Of a stretch of 64,000 bases of DNA, positions 28,185 to 37,687 are shown one piece after another. Position numbers and translations under genes: made by a program. The notes beneath the pieces are model-generated. The model had not been told where the DNA came from. It ran no database searches and was given only the letters and a program-made list of their open reading frames with translations. This DNA is from Candidatus Woesearchaeota archaeon UBA153 (GTDB lineage Archaea > Nanobdellota > Nanobdellia > Woesearchaeales > UBA525): contig DASH01000042.1 of the NCBI GenBank assembly GCA_002503705.1, positions 25,950 through 89,949 of the forward strand, in the 5' to 3' direction. How positions within the stretch are numbered: the first letter of the stretch is position 1; each line of letters opens with the position of its first letter.

Positions 28185-28451
28185 ATGGTTCGTGGAATGT
28201 TCAAGAGCGGACGGTTCAGTCGCGTCCACGTGAAAGTCCCGGGCGGCAGGACAGTCCTCCGCTTCAAGGAGAAGACGCCGAAACAACCGCATTGCGGCGA
28301 GTGCGGCAAGCCTTTGCCGGGCATCCCGCGCATGTCGCGCGTCGAAGCAACGCACGCGTCCAAGTCGAGCAAGCGGCCGCAACGTCCGTTCGGCGGCGTG
28401 CTCTGCAGTGCGTGCACGCGGAAGCGGCTCGTCGCGAAAGCGCGAGTCTAA
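28185..28451 (+). CDS. rpl34e: ribosomal protein eL34
   Basis: VPGGRTVLRFKEKTPKQPHCGECGKPLPGIPR and C..C pair matches L34e zinc-ribbon pattern. Confidence 0.8.
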   Translation: MVRGMFKSGRFSRVHVKVPGGRTVLRFKEKTPKQPHCGECGKPLPGIPRMSRVEATHASKSSKRPQRPFGGVLCSACTRKRLVAKARV

Positions 28452-28539
28452 AATTTTTTCACAATCCAAAACAGCAGGCCTCTCGCGGGTTGCGGCGACG
28501 CGCCCGAATTCTCGAGAGGGAAACGCGAGGAGATGAACC

Positions 28540-28980
28540 ATGGCATTGTTTGAAGTCGGAAGAGTCTGTGTCAAGATCGCCGGCCGCGACGCGGGCGAGC
28601 GCTGCGTCATCGTCGAAGTCCTCGACGCGCACACCGTGCTCGTTGACGGCGCGACGCGCCGGCGCAAGTGCAACGTCAAGCACTTAGAGCCGTTGGCGGA
28701 GACGCTCGACGTGAAGAAAGGAGCGACGCACGACGCGGTCGCGAAGGCGTTCACGGCGCTCGGCGTCGACGTGAAAGAGTCCAAGCCGCGGAAGGCGACG
28801 ACGAAGCCGCGCCACGCGCACAAAGCGAAAGCAGACGCCGGTGAACAGAGCGCGGTCGGTCAGCCCGTCAAGGCGAAAGCGCCGAAGGCGGAGAAGCCGA
28901 AAGCCGAACCTGCCAAAGCGCCGAAGGCTGAGAAGGCGGACGCTCCCAAGAAGAAAGTCGCGGCGAAGAAGACGGAGTGA
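28540..28980 (+). CDS. rpl14e: ribosomal protein eL14 (KOW) with Lys/Ala-rich C-terminal extension
   Basis: EVGRVCVKIAGRDAGERCVIVEV KOW motif; tail KAKAPKAEKPKAEPAKAPKAEK. Confidence 0.8.
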   Translation: MALFEVGRVCVKIAGRDAGERCVIVEVLDAHTVLVDGATRRRKCNVKHLEPLAETLDVKKGATHDAVAKAFTALGVDVKESKPRKATTKPRHAHKAKADAGEQSAVGQPVKAKAPKAEKPKAEPAKAPKAEKADAPKKKVAAKKTE

Positions 28981-29064
28981 GTTCGAGAAATAAAAGTATT
29001 TTTTAGAAATATTTTTTCTTATAGTTATGCGTTATTTCTTTTTTTCAAGAAATTCAATGACGCT
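28981..29064. terminator. AT-rich convergent intergenic region with oligo-T tracts
   Basis: Several T5-T7 runs on both strands between rpl14e (+) and pheT (-). Confidence 0.4.
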
Positions 29065-30726
29065 CTACGCTTTCTTCCGCAGCACGTCGTACAGAACAGT
29101 CAGGTTCAGCTCGAACACCGCGGTCGGCATGCCGAGTTTGTTCGCGTCGAGGACTTTCGGGTCGAGCTCGCCGCAATACGCGACGTCGACGCCGGCGACG
29201 CTGACGCGCGCGACGCGGCCCGGGATGAACGAGGCGTGCTCGGTCTCCTTGTACGTCGGCGTCACGCCGAAACTGGCGAAGAGCGAGTCGAGCAGTTGCC
29301 GGATGCGCGTATAGTCCGCTTCCTCGCCAGACACTGCCGCAGCAATCCTGAACATCTCGTTCACGCCGGTTTCCGTCTTCTCTCGTGACTTCGTGAAGAC
29401 CTTGCCAATCTCGAAGATCGTCTGCGGGTACTCGTGACGCTTGTTGCGGCCGAGCGTGTCGACGAGCGAGGGCGTGAGCCACGCGCGCAACGAGTCGTAG
29501 CCCTCGCTCACGCTGCTCTTGAGCGTGATGACGTCGAGTTCGAGGTTCATGCGTTTCGTCTGCAACTCCTTGCTGATGAGATGGTAGTTCTTCACTTCGA
29601 GGAGTCCGTGCCCGACGAGGCGCTCGCGCACTTTCGCCGCGAAAATTTCGAACGGCGCTTCGCGCGCTATCGTCGCGACGTTCGGCAGGATTTCCGGGAT
29701 GTGCTCGAAGCCGTACGCGATCGCGATGTCCTCGGCGAAGTCCGCTTGGTGCAAGATATCGGTGCGGTACGCGGGAATAGAGACGACTCCTTTCTCGTAC
29801 CCGTAACCCATCTTCTCGAAGAGAGTCTTCACCGTCTTTTCGTTCAAGTCGAGGCCGAGGAGCGTGTTGATATATTTCACGTCCGCTTTCATCTTCCGCG
29901 GCTCGAGCACCGGAGAGGTTACCTTCTTGGTCGGGTACTCGAGTTCGACGCTGGAGATCTCGCCGCCCATGTCTGCGAACGCCGTGACGATCATGGCGAG
30001 GCACTCTTCCAGGATGCGCTCGTCGAAGCCGGAACACTCGATGAAGACCTCCGTCGTCTTCTCCGTGATTTTGCCCGTCAACTCGCTGTTGATGATCGGC
30101 GTGAACGACATGATGTTGCCCTTCGCGTCGAGGAAGCACGCGTAGCGAGACAATCCCGCGACGAGGCTCGCGTAGTCCTTCCCTTTCGGGTGCGCTTCCA
30201 GTATTTCTTGCGCCGTCATCGCCTTTTTCGCTTCTAACGGTTGGAACTTCACGTCGGCAGGCTTCAACCCTTTGAACGTGATGGGGAACGCGATGTGCTC
30301 CATCGGGTAGATGCCAATGGCTGCTCGTTTCCGGTTTCGGCCGAACGTGACGTGCAGTTTCTCTTGGATTTGGATGATCTCTTTCAGCTTCTCGTCGTTG
30401 ATTTTCAGCTTCGTGACGATGGCGCATCGCGTGTGCGGCCTGCACTCCTCGACGCTCTTGTCCACGATGACCTTCTTGCCGCTCTTCTTGACTTTGTACT
30501 CTTGCAGTCCGGGTTTCGCGCCGATGAAGCTGGCGAGCGCGCGGCTGAACCCTTGCTGGCTGAGCAGGTCCGGTCGGTTCGGGAAGATCTCGACGTGGAT
30601 GTCGTCATTCTCGATGCCTTCGAGCGCGGTGCCGAGCATGCCGATACGGTCTTTCAGCTGGTCGTCCGAGAGTCTCTTCCCGAGCGTCTTCAGCAGCTCT
30701 TTCTTACTGATGCTGATGGTCGGCAT
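29065..30726 (-). CDS. pheT: phenylalanine--tRNA ligase beta subunit (archaeal type)
   Basis: 553 aa; adjacent and co-directional with pheS; B3/4 and B5 domain-like regions. Confidence 0.85.
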   Translation of the reverse strand: MPTISISKKELLKTLGKRLSDDQLKDRIGMLGTALEGIENDDIHVEIFPNRPDLLSQQGFSRALASFIGAKPGLQEYKVKKSGKKVIVDKSVEECRPHTRCAIVTKLKINDEKLKEIIQIQEKLHVTFGRNRKRAAIGIYPMEHIAFPITFKGLKPADVKFQPLEAKKAMTAQEILEAHPKGKDYASLVAGLSRYACFLDAKGNIMSFTPIINSELTGKITEKTTEVFIECSGFDERILEECLAMIVTAFADMGGEISSVELEYPTKKVTSPVLEPRKMKADVKYINTLLGLDLNEKTVKTLFEKMGYGYEKGVVSIPAYRTDILHQADFAEDIAIAYGFEHIPEILPNVATIAREAPFEIFAAKVRERLVGHGLLEVKNYHLISKELQTKRMNLELDVITLKSSVSEGYDSLRAWLTPSLVDTLGRNKRHEYPQTIFEIGKVFTKSREKTETGVNEMFRIAAAVSGEEADYTRIRQLLDSLFASFGVTPTYKETEHASFIPGRVARVSVAGVDVAYCGELDPKVLDANKLGMPTAVFELNLTVLYDVLRKKA

Positions 30727-32286
30727 TTATCTCATCCACGTCTTCATGTTCTTCAACTGTTCCAAATCGTTATTGTACAACACGCGAATATCATCCAATT
30801 GGTAGTGGCGCATGATGGTGCGCTCCATGCCGATCCCCCACGCGAGCACGGGGATTTCCTTGCCGATGAGCGTCTTCGTGACTTCTGGCCTGAAGATCCC
30901 GGCGCCGCCGAGCTCGACCCAGCAGTTGCGCGCGTCGTCCCAGACGTCCACTTCCGCGCTCGGCTCAGTGTACGGGAAGTGCGCCGGTCGGATTCTCACG
31001 TCAGAGAAGCCCATCTTGCCGAAGAACGCGCGCAAGTAACCCTTCAAGTGTTGGAAGTTCGCGCTCTCATCGACGACGATGCCTTCGACTTGGTGGAGCT
31101 CGAACAAGTGCTTCCAGTCCAACGCTTCGTTCCGGTAGATCGTGCTGACGCTGAAATACTTGCCGGGCATCTTGGCCTTGCCTTGCCGGATCGCGTCGAG
31201 CGTGTGCGCGCTCAGCACGGTCGTGTGCGTGCGCAGGAGGAGTTTCGCGCTCTCTTCGTCGTTGAACGGCGCGCGCCAGCCGAGACTGCCCGTCGTGCCG
31301 CCGTGCTCGTGCGCCGCTTTGACTGCGGGAAGCACCTCTTTCGGCAGCACTCCTTTCTCGGGATTCGCTAAGTAGAACGTGTCTTGCATCTCGCGCGCGG
31401 GGTGGTCTTGCGGGACGAACAACGCGTCCAAGTCCCAAAAAGCCGTCTGGACGTGGTCGCCTTCCATCTCCTCGAACCCCATGTCGAGCCAGACCCGCTT
31501 GATGTCCGCGATCGCGTCGTTCACGAAGTGCGCCTTGCCGCCCGTCTTCTTCGGCACGTTGATCGCGACGTTGTACGGGCGGAACTTCTTCTTTCTCCAC
31601 GAGCCGTCGCTCAACATCTGTGGCGTCAATCGTTCTTCGTACGCGGTCGTCGCTTCCTTCGTCTTCGTCACGTCTTTGCCGAGCGGCGTGAGAACGTATT
31701 TCTTGTCGCGGCGCTTCAGCAAGGCCGCGTACCCTTGGCGTTTCAGCAAGTCTTGCACGCCGAGCTTCGTTCGCTCGTCGAGCTTCGCGAGGCGCAGCTT
31801 CCACTCAGTCTTTCCCGCCGCGGCCAACGCCCGCTTCGCGAGCGGCTCGTCCAAGACGAGGCCGTCCACCCACGTGAACTTCGGCTTGCCGTCTTTCGTG
31901 GTGCCGAACGGGACGTGCAACCGTTTGAGCGCGCCGATGACCGCGCCGGTCGCGTCCTTGTCGTACGCGGGGAGGATGTTCTTCAGGTCATCAACGAGGA
32001 CTTCTTTCTGGCGTTGCAAGGCCCACAACGCGTGCTCTTCCGGCAACCCGTTCAGGAAGGCTTGTTTGCCTTTCTCCGTCACCGCGAGCACGTCCTCTTC
32101 GACGCTCTCCAGCTTGACGCACGCCTTGCCTTCCAGCCATTGCAGCGCTCGCGTCGCCTCGACGTCTTGTAGTTTGGACTCGATGGCGAGGTCTGACAAC
32201 AATCCTGAGTCTTTCAGGTGCGGGAGGACTTTCCGCTCGAGCGGGTGCAAGCCCATCGCGATCTTCCGCGCTTCGTCAGACGCCAT
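30727..32286 (-). CDS. pheS: phenylalanine--tRNA ligase alpha subunit (archaeal type, N-terminal winged-helix repeats)
   Basis: Class II aaRS motifs (FRPE, GAGIFRPEV-like, GIGMER). Confidence 0.9.
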   Translation of the reverse strand: MASDEARKIAMGLHPLERKVLPHLKDSGLLSDLAIESKLQDVEATRALQWLEGKACVKLESVEEDVLAVTEKGKQAFLNGLPEEHALWALQRQKEVLVDDLKNILPAYDKDATGAVIGALKRLHVPFGTTKDGKPKFTWVDGLVLDEPLAKRALAAAGKTEWKLRLAKLDERTKLGVQDLLKRQGYAALLKRRDKKYVLTPLGKDVTKTKEATTAYEERLTPQMLSDGSWRKKKFRPYNVAINVPKKTGGKAHFVNDAIADIKRVWLDMGFEEMEGDHVQTAFWDLDALFVPQDHPAREMQDTFYLANPEKGVLPKEVLPAVKAAHEHGGTTGSLGWRAPFNDEESAKLLLRTHTTVLSAHTLDAIRQGKAKMPGKYFSVSTIYRNEALDWKHLFELHQVEGIVVDESANFQHLKGYLRAFFGKMGFSDVRIRPAHFPYTEPSAEVDVWDDARNCWVELGGAGIFRPEVTKTLIGKEIPVLAWGIGMERTIMRHYQLDDIRVLYNNDLEQLKNMKTWMR

Positions 32287-32594
32287 GTCGGTCTCGTCGC
32301 CGAGACGCTTTTATATTATTTCTGGTTTACGAGTCCTTTGCGAGGTTTTTGCTTCACGACTCGAACTCATGAGAACAACGAATTATTTACAATATGGTCA
32401 TTATATTGCTTTAATTCTCACGAGAACCACACGTCAGCATCGAGAAAAACTCCACACCTCGCGCAGAGCAACTCTCAGGTACTATCGCATAACGGCAACA
32501 CAACCAGAATATTTTTAAAGTAGTCACCGCTTATCGAAACTAAAAAGGGGTGATTTCCCGGACAGCGGGATCCCTGTGAGGGGGTTGAAGGACA

Positions 32595-33401
32595 ATGATA
32601 GTCAGAGACGAATTTCTGAGCAAGCTCAGAAGGTATTTCGGACTGAACCTCTATGAGGTCAAGATCTGGACCGCGCTCCTCAGCCGGGGCGTCAGCACCG
32701 CCGGCGAGCTCAGCGACATCGCAAACGTGCCGCGCTCGCGCTCGTACGACGTTCTCGAAAGCCTCGAGAAGAAGGGCTTCATCGTGATGAAGATCGGCAA
32801 GCCGATCAAGTACATCGCCGTGCCGCCCGAAGAGGTCGTGGAACGCGTGAAGAAGAACGTCCACAACGACGCGAAGGAACGCGTCACGCGCCTGGACGAC
32901 CTGAAGAAGACGGACGTCATCAATGAGTTGCGCAACCTGCACACGCAAGGCGTCGAGCTCGTCGAGCCGACCGACCTGACGGGAGCGCTCAAGGGCAGGC
33001 ACAACCTCTACAACCACTTGGAGCTCACGATCCGTGGCGCGGAGAAGACCGTCACGATCATCACGACTTCCGGCGGCATGCTCCGCAAGGTCGAGGGCTT
33101 GAAGCCGGTCTTCGAGGAGGTCGCGAAGCGCGGCGTCAAGGTTCGCATCGCCGCTCCCCTCTCGAAAGAGACGAAAGAGGCGGAGAAGGAGCTCAAGGGC
33201 GTCGCGGAAGTGCGCGACTGCAAGACGAAGGCGCGCTTCGTCGTCGTCGACGGCAAGGAGGTCGTCTTCATGCTGATGGACGACGCGGACGTCCACCCGA
33301 CGTACGACATCGGCATCTGGATCAACACGCCCTTCTTCGCCGCCGCGCTCGAAGAGCTCTTCGAGCTCGCGTGGAAAGAGATGAAGAAGATTAAAGCGTA
33401 A
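32595..33401 (+). CDS. TrmB-family transcriptional regulator
   Basis: N-terminal wHTH LYEVKIWTALLSRGVSTAGELSDIANVPRSRSYDVLESLEKKGFI; TrmB C-terminal domain. Confidence 0.75.
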   Translation: MIVRDEFLSKLRRYFGLNLYEVKIWTALLSRGVSTAGELSDIANVPRSRSYDVLESLEKKGFIVMKIGKPIKYIAVPPEEVVERVKKNVHNDAKERVTRLDDLKKTDVINELRNLHTQGVELVEPTDLTGALKGRHNLYNHLELTIRGAEKTVTIITTSGGMLRKVEGLKPVFEEVAKRGVKVRIAAPLSKETKEAEKELKGVAEVRDCKTKARFVVVDGKEVVFMLMDDADVHPTYDIGIWINTPFFAAALEELFELAWKEMKKIKA

Positions 33402-33443
33402 GGAACTTCAGAAAACTTTTTTCTAACAATTCTTTTTTCTCGT

Positions 33444-34943
33444 TTATCGCTTCTCAACCCAGAATCTGATGTACGTTCCCATCGCTGAGCCGCCTTGGTG
33501 GACGGAACGGTCCTCTCGAAGGATGTGGAAACCCGTTCGTTCGAGGAGACTTCGCGCGTCCTCCGCGGTGTAGTGATGGAAGTAGAGCGTCACGCCCTCG
33601 CGCTCGGCGAGCTCTCCACCGTCGCCCTCCTTGAGCGTGAGGAATGCGATACCGCTCGATTTCAGGACGCGTTGCCACTCTTGTAAAGCCCGTTCCGCTT
33701 CCGTCGGTCGCGAGTGGACGAGGACTGCGCACGCCCAGAGCCCATCGAACTCATTCTCGGGGAACGGCAAAGAATCTATGGTCGCGATAACAATCCTTCC
33801 GTCGGGAACTCTCCGCTTCGCCTCGACGACGAATTTCTTCTCCCGGTCGACGCCGGCGACATCGTATCCTCGCTTCGCGAAACTGGCGAGGTCGCGGCCG
33901 TTCCCGCAACCGACGTCGAGAATCTTGCCTCGAGGAACGTAATGGCGGAAATAGTCTATTTCCGCTTCCATCGTGTACGTGTCGTACTTCTTGATGAGTC
34001 GTTCCGCGTTGCGGGAATAAAACTTCTCGACGATCTCAGACGGTTTTTTCAGAACGACGTAAAACTCCTCATCACCGATGGCGAACTTCTCGAACGCCCA
34101 AGCTTTTCGTCTCACGAGCTTCTCGAACCACGCGCGGCGCTCGTGCTTGATCGTCTTGCCGCCGCCGAGGCTCTTCGTCGGGAACGAGACGACGAGCCAC
34201 TTCGCGGGGATGGAATCGAGGACTTTCCCGCTGATGTTCCGTTTCGCCTCCTCGAGCGTGTCGAGGAGCTTGAAGAGGAAGGCGACGTCCGCGAGGTCCT
34301 TGTTCGAGATGACGGGCAACGTGTCGTGGTGCTTCACCAAGTCGAGCGGGAAGACCTCGCCATCGATGCCTTCAATCTGGAAGAATCGTTTCACGTCGTC
34401 GAGCTGCGTGCTCGGCAAATCGGAAGCGAGATAGAGTGGTTTGCATCCCAGGAATGCGTAGCTGTACGGGTTCGCGCCGCACCCGAGATCGAGAACGACG
34501 CGAGGAACGCCCGTTATACTAAATATCTTCGCGTAGATTTCCTTGTAATATGAAATTCGTTCTTTCGAGCTCTGGTGGAGTAGGAGGAGCTTTTTGATGA
34601 GTTCCGCGTCATGCGGTCTCTTCTCGAGCTCGTCAAGGAGTTTTCCGCGCCCTTTCTTCTCGTCCAGGTCGAAGACGCCGTAGACGCTCCGCAACTCGGC
34701 GCGGACGAGCTTCTTGAGCTCTTCAAATTCCGAACTCCGCGAGAACTCCTTGAACGACTTAGAGTTTTTTACTTTTTCTTTTAACTTCTTGTTCTGTTGC
34801 AGAATTTTTTCTATTTTTTCCTGGACGAACTTGTCGTCGAGCGTCGACAGTTCTCGTTTCGCTTTAATCCCCGCGACGATGTTTGGGATCATGTGTACAC
34901 CATTGCAACCATCATGGCCGCGAAGCGATTGGACGCCCGCCAC
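33444..34943 (-). CDS. two-domain methyltransferase: N-terminal FmrO/RmtB/ArmA-family 16S rRNA (guanine1405-N7) methyltransferase-like domain fused to C-terminal class I SAM methyltransferase
   Basis: VLDLGCGANPYS and VVSFPTKSLGGG motifs as in aminoglycoside-resistance 16S MTases; second domain ILDVGCGNGRDLASFAKRGYDVAGVD; N-terminal half lower GC. Confidence 0.6.
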   Translation of the reverse strand: MAGVQSLRGHDGCNGVHMIPNIVAGIKAKRELSTLDDKFVQEKIEKILQQNKKLKEKVKNSKSFKEFSRSSEFEELKKLVRAELRSVYGVFDLDEKKGRGKLLDELEKRPHDAELIKKLLLLHQSSKERISYYKEIYAKIFSITGVPRVVLDLGCGANPYSYAFLGCKPLYLASDLPSTQLDDVKRFFQIEGIDGEVFPLDLVKHHDTLPVISNKDLADVAFLFKLLDTLEEAKRNISGKVLDSIPAKWLVVSFPTKSLGGGKTIKHERRAWFEKLVRRKAWAFEKFAIGDEEFYVVLKKPSEIVEKFYSRNAERLIKKYDTYTMEAEIDYFRHYVPRGKILDVGCGNGRDLASFAKRGYDVAGVDREKKFVVEAKRRVPDGRIVIATIDSLPFPENEFDGLWACAVLVHSRPTEAERALQEWQRVLKSSGIAFLTLKEGDGGELAEREGVTLYFHHYTAEDARSLLERTGFHILREDRSVHQGGSAMGTYIRFWVEKR

Positions 34944-35064
34944 CGGCGGGTTCTCGCTGGCGCGGCACGGATTTCCTCGTCCGTGTGCGTCGCGTTCTCG
35001 TGCGACTTCGCACTTTGACTATGACTCTTTGCCGCGCCAGCACGGGACTGCGCTACGCGCGCAG

Positions 35065-36108
35065 CTACCATCGTTTCACGGCGACGACGCCGCCGAAGTG
35101 CTCAATCTTGGACGCCGCTTCGCTCGCGGAGAGCACGTGGACTTCGCCACGGACGCTCTCGCACTGGCGCAGCAGCGCTTCGAGCTTCGCGGACGCTTCC
35201 GGACTCTCGGTTCGCGACCGGCCGATGGCCGCCTCCGTGACGAGCAGGAACGCCACGTTCGCGCTCGCGATGGCTTCGCTGATGTCGAGCGGCCCGTACG
35301 CGAGCAACCCTTTTGACAACGCCGCCACCGCTTGTTCGACGAGGCTCATCTCGCGCAGCGTGGAGTTCTCCTTGATGACGCGCTCGACCTCCGGACGGTT
35401 CAACAGTTCGCGGATCGCGGTCTTCTCGACCGCGCTGATCGACGTCAGGATGGTCTTCTTCTTCAACGCGGGCGGCAACTCCTTGTCCACGTACTCTTTC
35501 CAGAACGCGGGCGCGCCCGCGATGATGCTCGTGAACTTGATGCGCTCGTCCCGCGCGGAGATCTCGGTGACGATCTCCTTGAAGAACGCGGCGCTCTTCT
35601 TCTCATCCACTGCCTTCTTCGGCACGTCGCCTTTCAAGCGGGCGACCTCTTCGATGCCGCGTTTCGTGACCGTGTAGAGTTTCGCCTCCTCGCGGTCGAA
35701 CAACACGACGAGGATGGCTGGCTCGTTCTTCGTGGACTCTTCAAGCTTCGCGATGAGATACGACGGCCACGACGCCTTCCGCAACGTCACTTCCTCGCCA
35801 GGCTCGAGACCGAACGAGTGGTGCTCGCCGCGCGGGATGTCTTCAGGACCGTCGATGATAGTGCCGAGGACTCGTAACGACGAGCCGTCCGGCGCGTACT
35901 CAGTCTTCTCCACCTTGATGGCGAGCCGGATTCTGCGTTTCGAAACTGATCCTTTCTCATCTGTCTTGCCGACCTTCACCTTCCGCTCGGTGCTCCCTTC
36001 CAGCTCGTCGCCCGGCGCGATGATGGAGCGCAAGGTCCAGACGTCGTCCGCAGTCTCCACTCTCAGACGCACTTCGCCGTCCCGCCAATCCTTCTTGAAT
36101 AAACGCAT
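35065..36108 (-). CDS. pelA: Pelota/Dom34 (mRNA surveillance)
   Basis: MRLFKKDWRDGEVRLRVETADDVW start typical of aPelota; eRF1-like domains. Confidence 0.85.
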   Translation of the reverse strand: MRLFKKDWRDGEVRLRVETADDVWTLRSIIAPGDELEGSTERKVKVGKTDEKGSVSKRRIRLAIKVEKTEYAPDGSSLRVLGTIIDGPEDIPRGEHHSFGLEPGEEVTLRKASWPSYLIAKLEESTKNEPAILVVLFDREEAKLYTVTKRGIEEVARLKGDVPKKAVDEKKSAAFFKEIVTEISARDERIKFTSIIAGAPAFWKEYVDKELPPALKKKTILTSISAVEKTAIRELLNRPEVERVIKENSTLREMSLVEQAVAALSKGLLAYGPLDISEAIASANVAFLLVTEAAIGRSRTESPEASAKLEALLRQCESVRGEVHVLSASEAASKIEHFGGVVAVKRW

Positions 36109-36390
36109 GATATTTTCCTCGTCAACCTATTTCTCGTTCTGCGCCGGTACCGGCTTCGCGCCCGCACCGTCCTGCTCGCTCTCCGTTGAGAACGTGGTGT
36201 GCGGTTCCCCCCGGACGGGGCGTGGTCGGGCACACCCCTCCCAGGTCGCTCCGAGGCGTCGCGACCGTCCCCCACCGCAACCGCTTCTTGTACCGCTTCC
36301 GTCGCTCGCCCTTAAGGACGGTGCCGGCGCTCAAGCAGTTGTTTTCAGGTTCTCTACCGTCGAAGACTCTCTCGAGGGAAAAGAGAAACC

Positions 36391-36402
36391 TTTATATATA
36401 AA
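36391..36402 (+). promoter_or_regulatory. TATA box (TTTATATATAAA) for surface-protein gene cluster
   Basis: About 20 nt upstream of ATG 36422. Confidence 0.5.
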
Positions 36403-36421
36403 TCTTTGTGGGGTGAGAGGT

Positions 36422-37621
36422 ATGCGGCGTCGTGGTCAAGAGTTCCGGATGAGTTCTCCGCTCGTCGTCCTCCTCATCGCCGTCGTCATCATCCTCTACA
36501 TCCTCTTCCTCCCTCCCGCGGAGCGGGAAGCGCTCCTGACCGGCACGACCACGCCTGGCGGCGGTTCTTCAGGGGGCGGCGTTCTGACTCCTGGCGGCGC
36601 CGGCGTCGTCGTCATGGATAAGTACCTCGGCACGCTCTTGCCGCAGTCGAGCGGCAGCGTCGAGCACGCCATCCCGACGACCACAGTCTTCACGAGCACG
36701 AACACGGAAGAGGTCAAGTTCGTCGACAGCATGGGCGTCTCGCGCAGCGCGTTCTCGCGCCAAGACGCCACGCTCACGTTCAACGTCGAACTCGGCGTGG
36801 CGAAGAACCACTTGTTGACGTTCAACGTGGACGAGTACGGCGGCCCCCTCACCATCTCGCTGAACGACCAACCAATCTTCAGCAGGGAGATCACGACGCG
36901 TTCGCCCGCGCCAATCACGCTCCCGCAAGAACTCCTCAAACCGCAGAACACGCTCACGTTCACCGCCGGCACGCCCGGCTGGGCGTTCTGGAAGTCGAAC
37001 ACGTACTCGTTGCGCAACGTCCTCGTCAGCGCAGACGTGACGCGGTACGACAACGCCGCGGCGGAACAACACTTCACGATCACGCCCGCCGAGCACGAGA
37101 AGCTCGAGACCGCGAAGCTCGAGTTCGTCCCCGAGTGCGACGCGAAGAAGACGGGACGGCTCAGCATCACGCTGAACGGCAACCTCCTCTACGCGGGCTA
37201 TATGGACTGCGGCATCCTCACCCGGCAAGAGGTCGCGAAAGAGTCCCTCGTCATCGGCGACAACCGCATCGGGTTCACGAGTGGCTCGGGCGGCTACACC
37301 ATCGACCGGATCAAGCTCGTCTCGACGCTCAAAGAGCAAGACTACCCCGTCTTGTACTTCAACCTGCCGCCCGACCTGTTCCAGCAGGCGAACGTCTTCG
37401 CCGGCCGCGTCGTCCTCACGCTCCGCTTCAGCGAAGGAAACACGCTCAAGACGGGCAGCATCGTCGTGAACGGCTTCCAAGACAGCTTCCAGACGGACAG
37501 CTACTACTACCAAGCGACCCTCGACCCGAACATCCTCGTCCCGAACGCGAACTCGATCCAAGTCATCCCGGTCGGCGGCGCGCTGCACATCCCCGAAGTC
37601 CGCATCGAGATGCTCGGGTGA
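36422..37621 (+). CDS. membrane-anchored secreted protein (N-terminal TM/signal, Gly/Thr linker, about 330-aa ectodomain)
   Basis: In-frame ATG after TATA; hydrophobic LVVLLIAVVIILYILFL; the 36406-36621 track ORF is out of frame. Confidence 0.6.
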   Translation: MRRRGQEFRMSSPLVVLLIAVVIILYILFLPPAEREALLTGTTTPGGGSSGGGVLTPGGAGVVVMDKYLGTLLPQSSGSVEHAIPTTTVFTSTNTEEVKFVDSMGVSRSAFSRQDATLTFNVELGVAKNHLLTFNVDEYGGPLTISLNDQPIFSREITTRSPAPITLPQELLKPQNTLTFTAGTPGWAFWKSNTYSLRNVLVSADVTRYDNAAAEQHFTITPAEHEKLETAKLEFVPECDAKKTGRLSITLNGNLLYAGYMDCGILTRQEVAKESLVIGDNRIGFTSGSGGYTIDRIKLVSTLKEQDYPVLYFNLPPDLFQQANVFAGRVVLTLRFSEGNTLKTGSIVVNGFQDSFQTDSYYYQATLDPNILVPNANSIQVIPVGGALHIPEVRIEMLG

Positions 37622-37687
37622 GACGAGTGGGCGGCAGCGAAGAGTCGCACCGCCGTCCACGGAGCGAGAAGAGAGTGAGAGTTCTCC

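Noticed and set aside
36406-36621. ORF-track entry at 36406 and long frame 35714-37621
   Set aside because: 36406 frame is out of phase with the downstream ectodomain. Frame 35714 runs antisense through pelota; the real start is the ATG at 36422 just after the TATA box.
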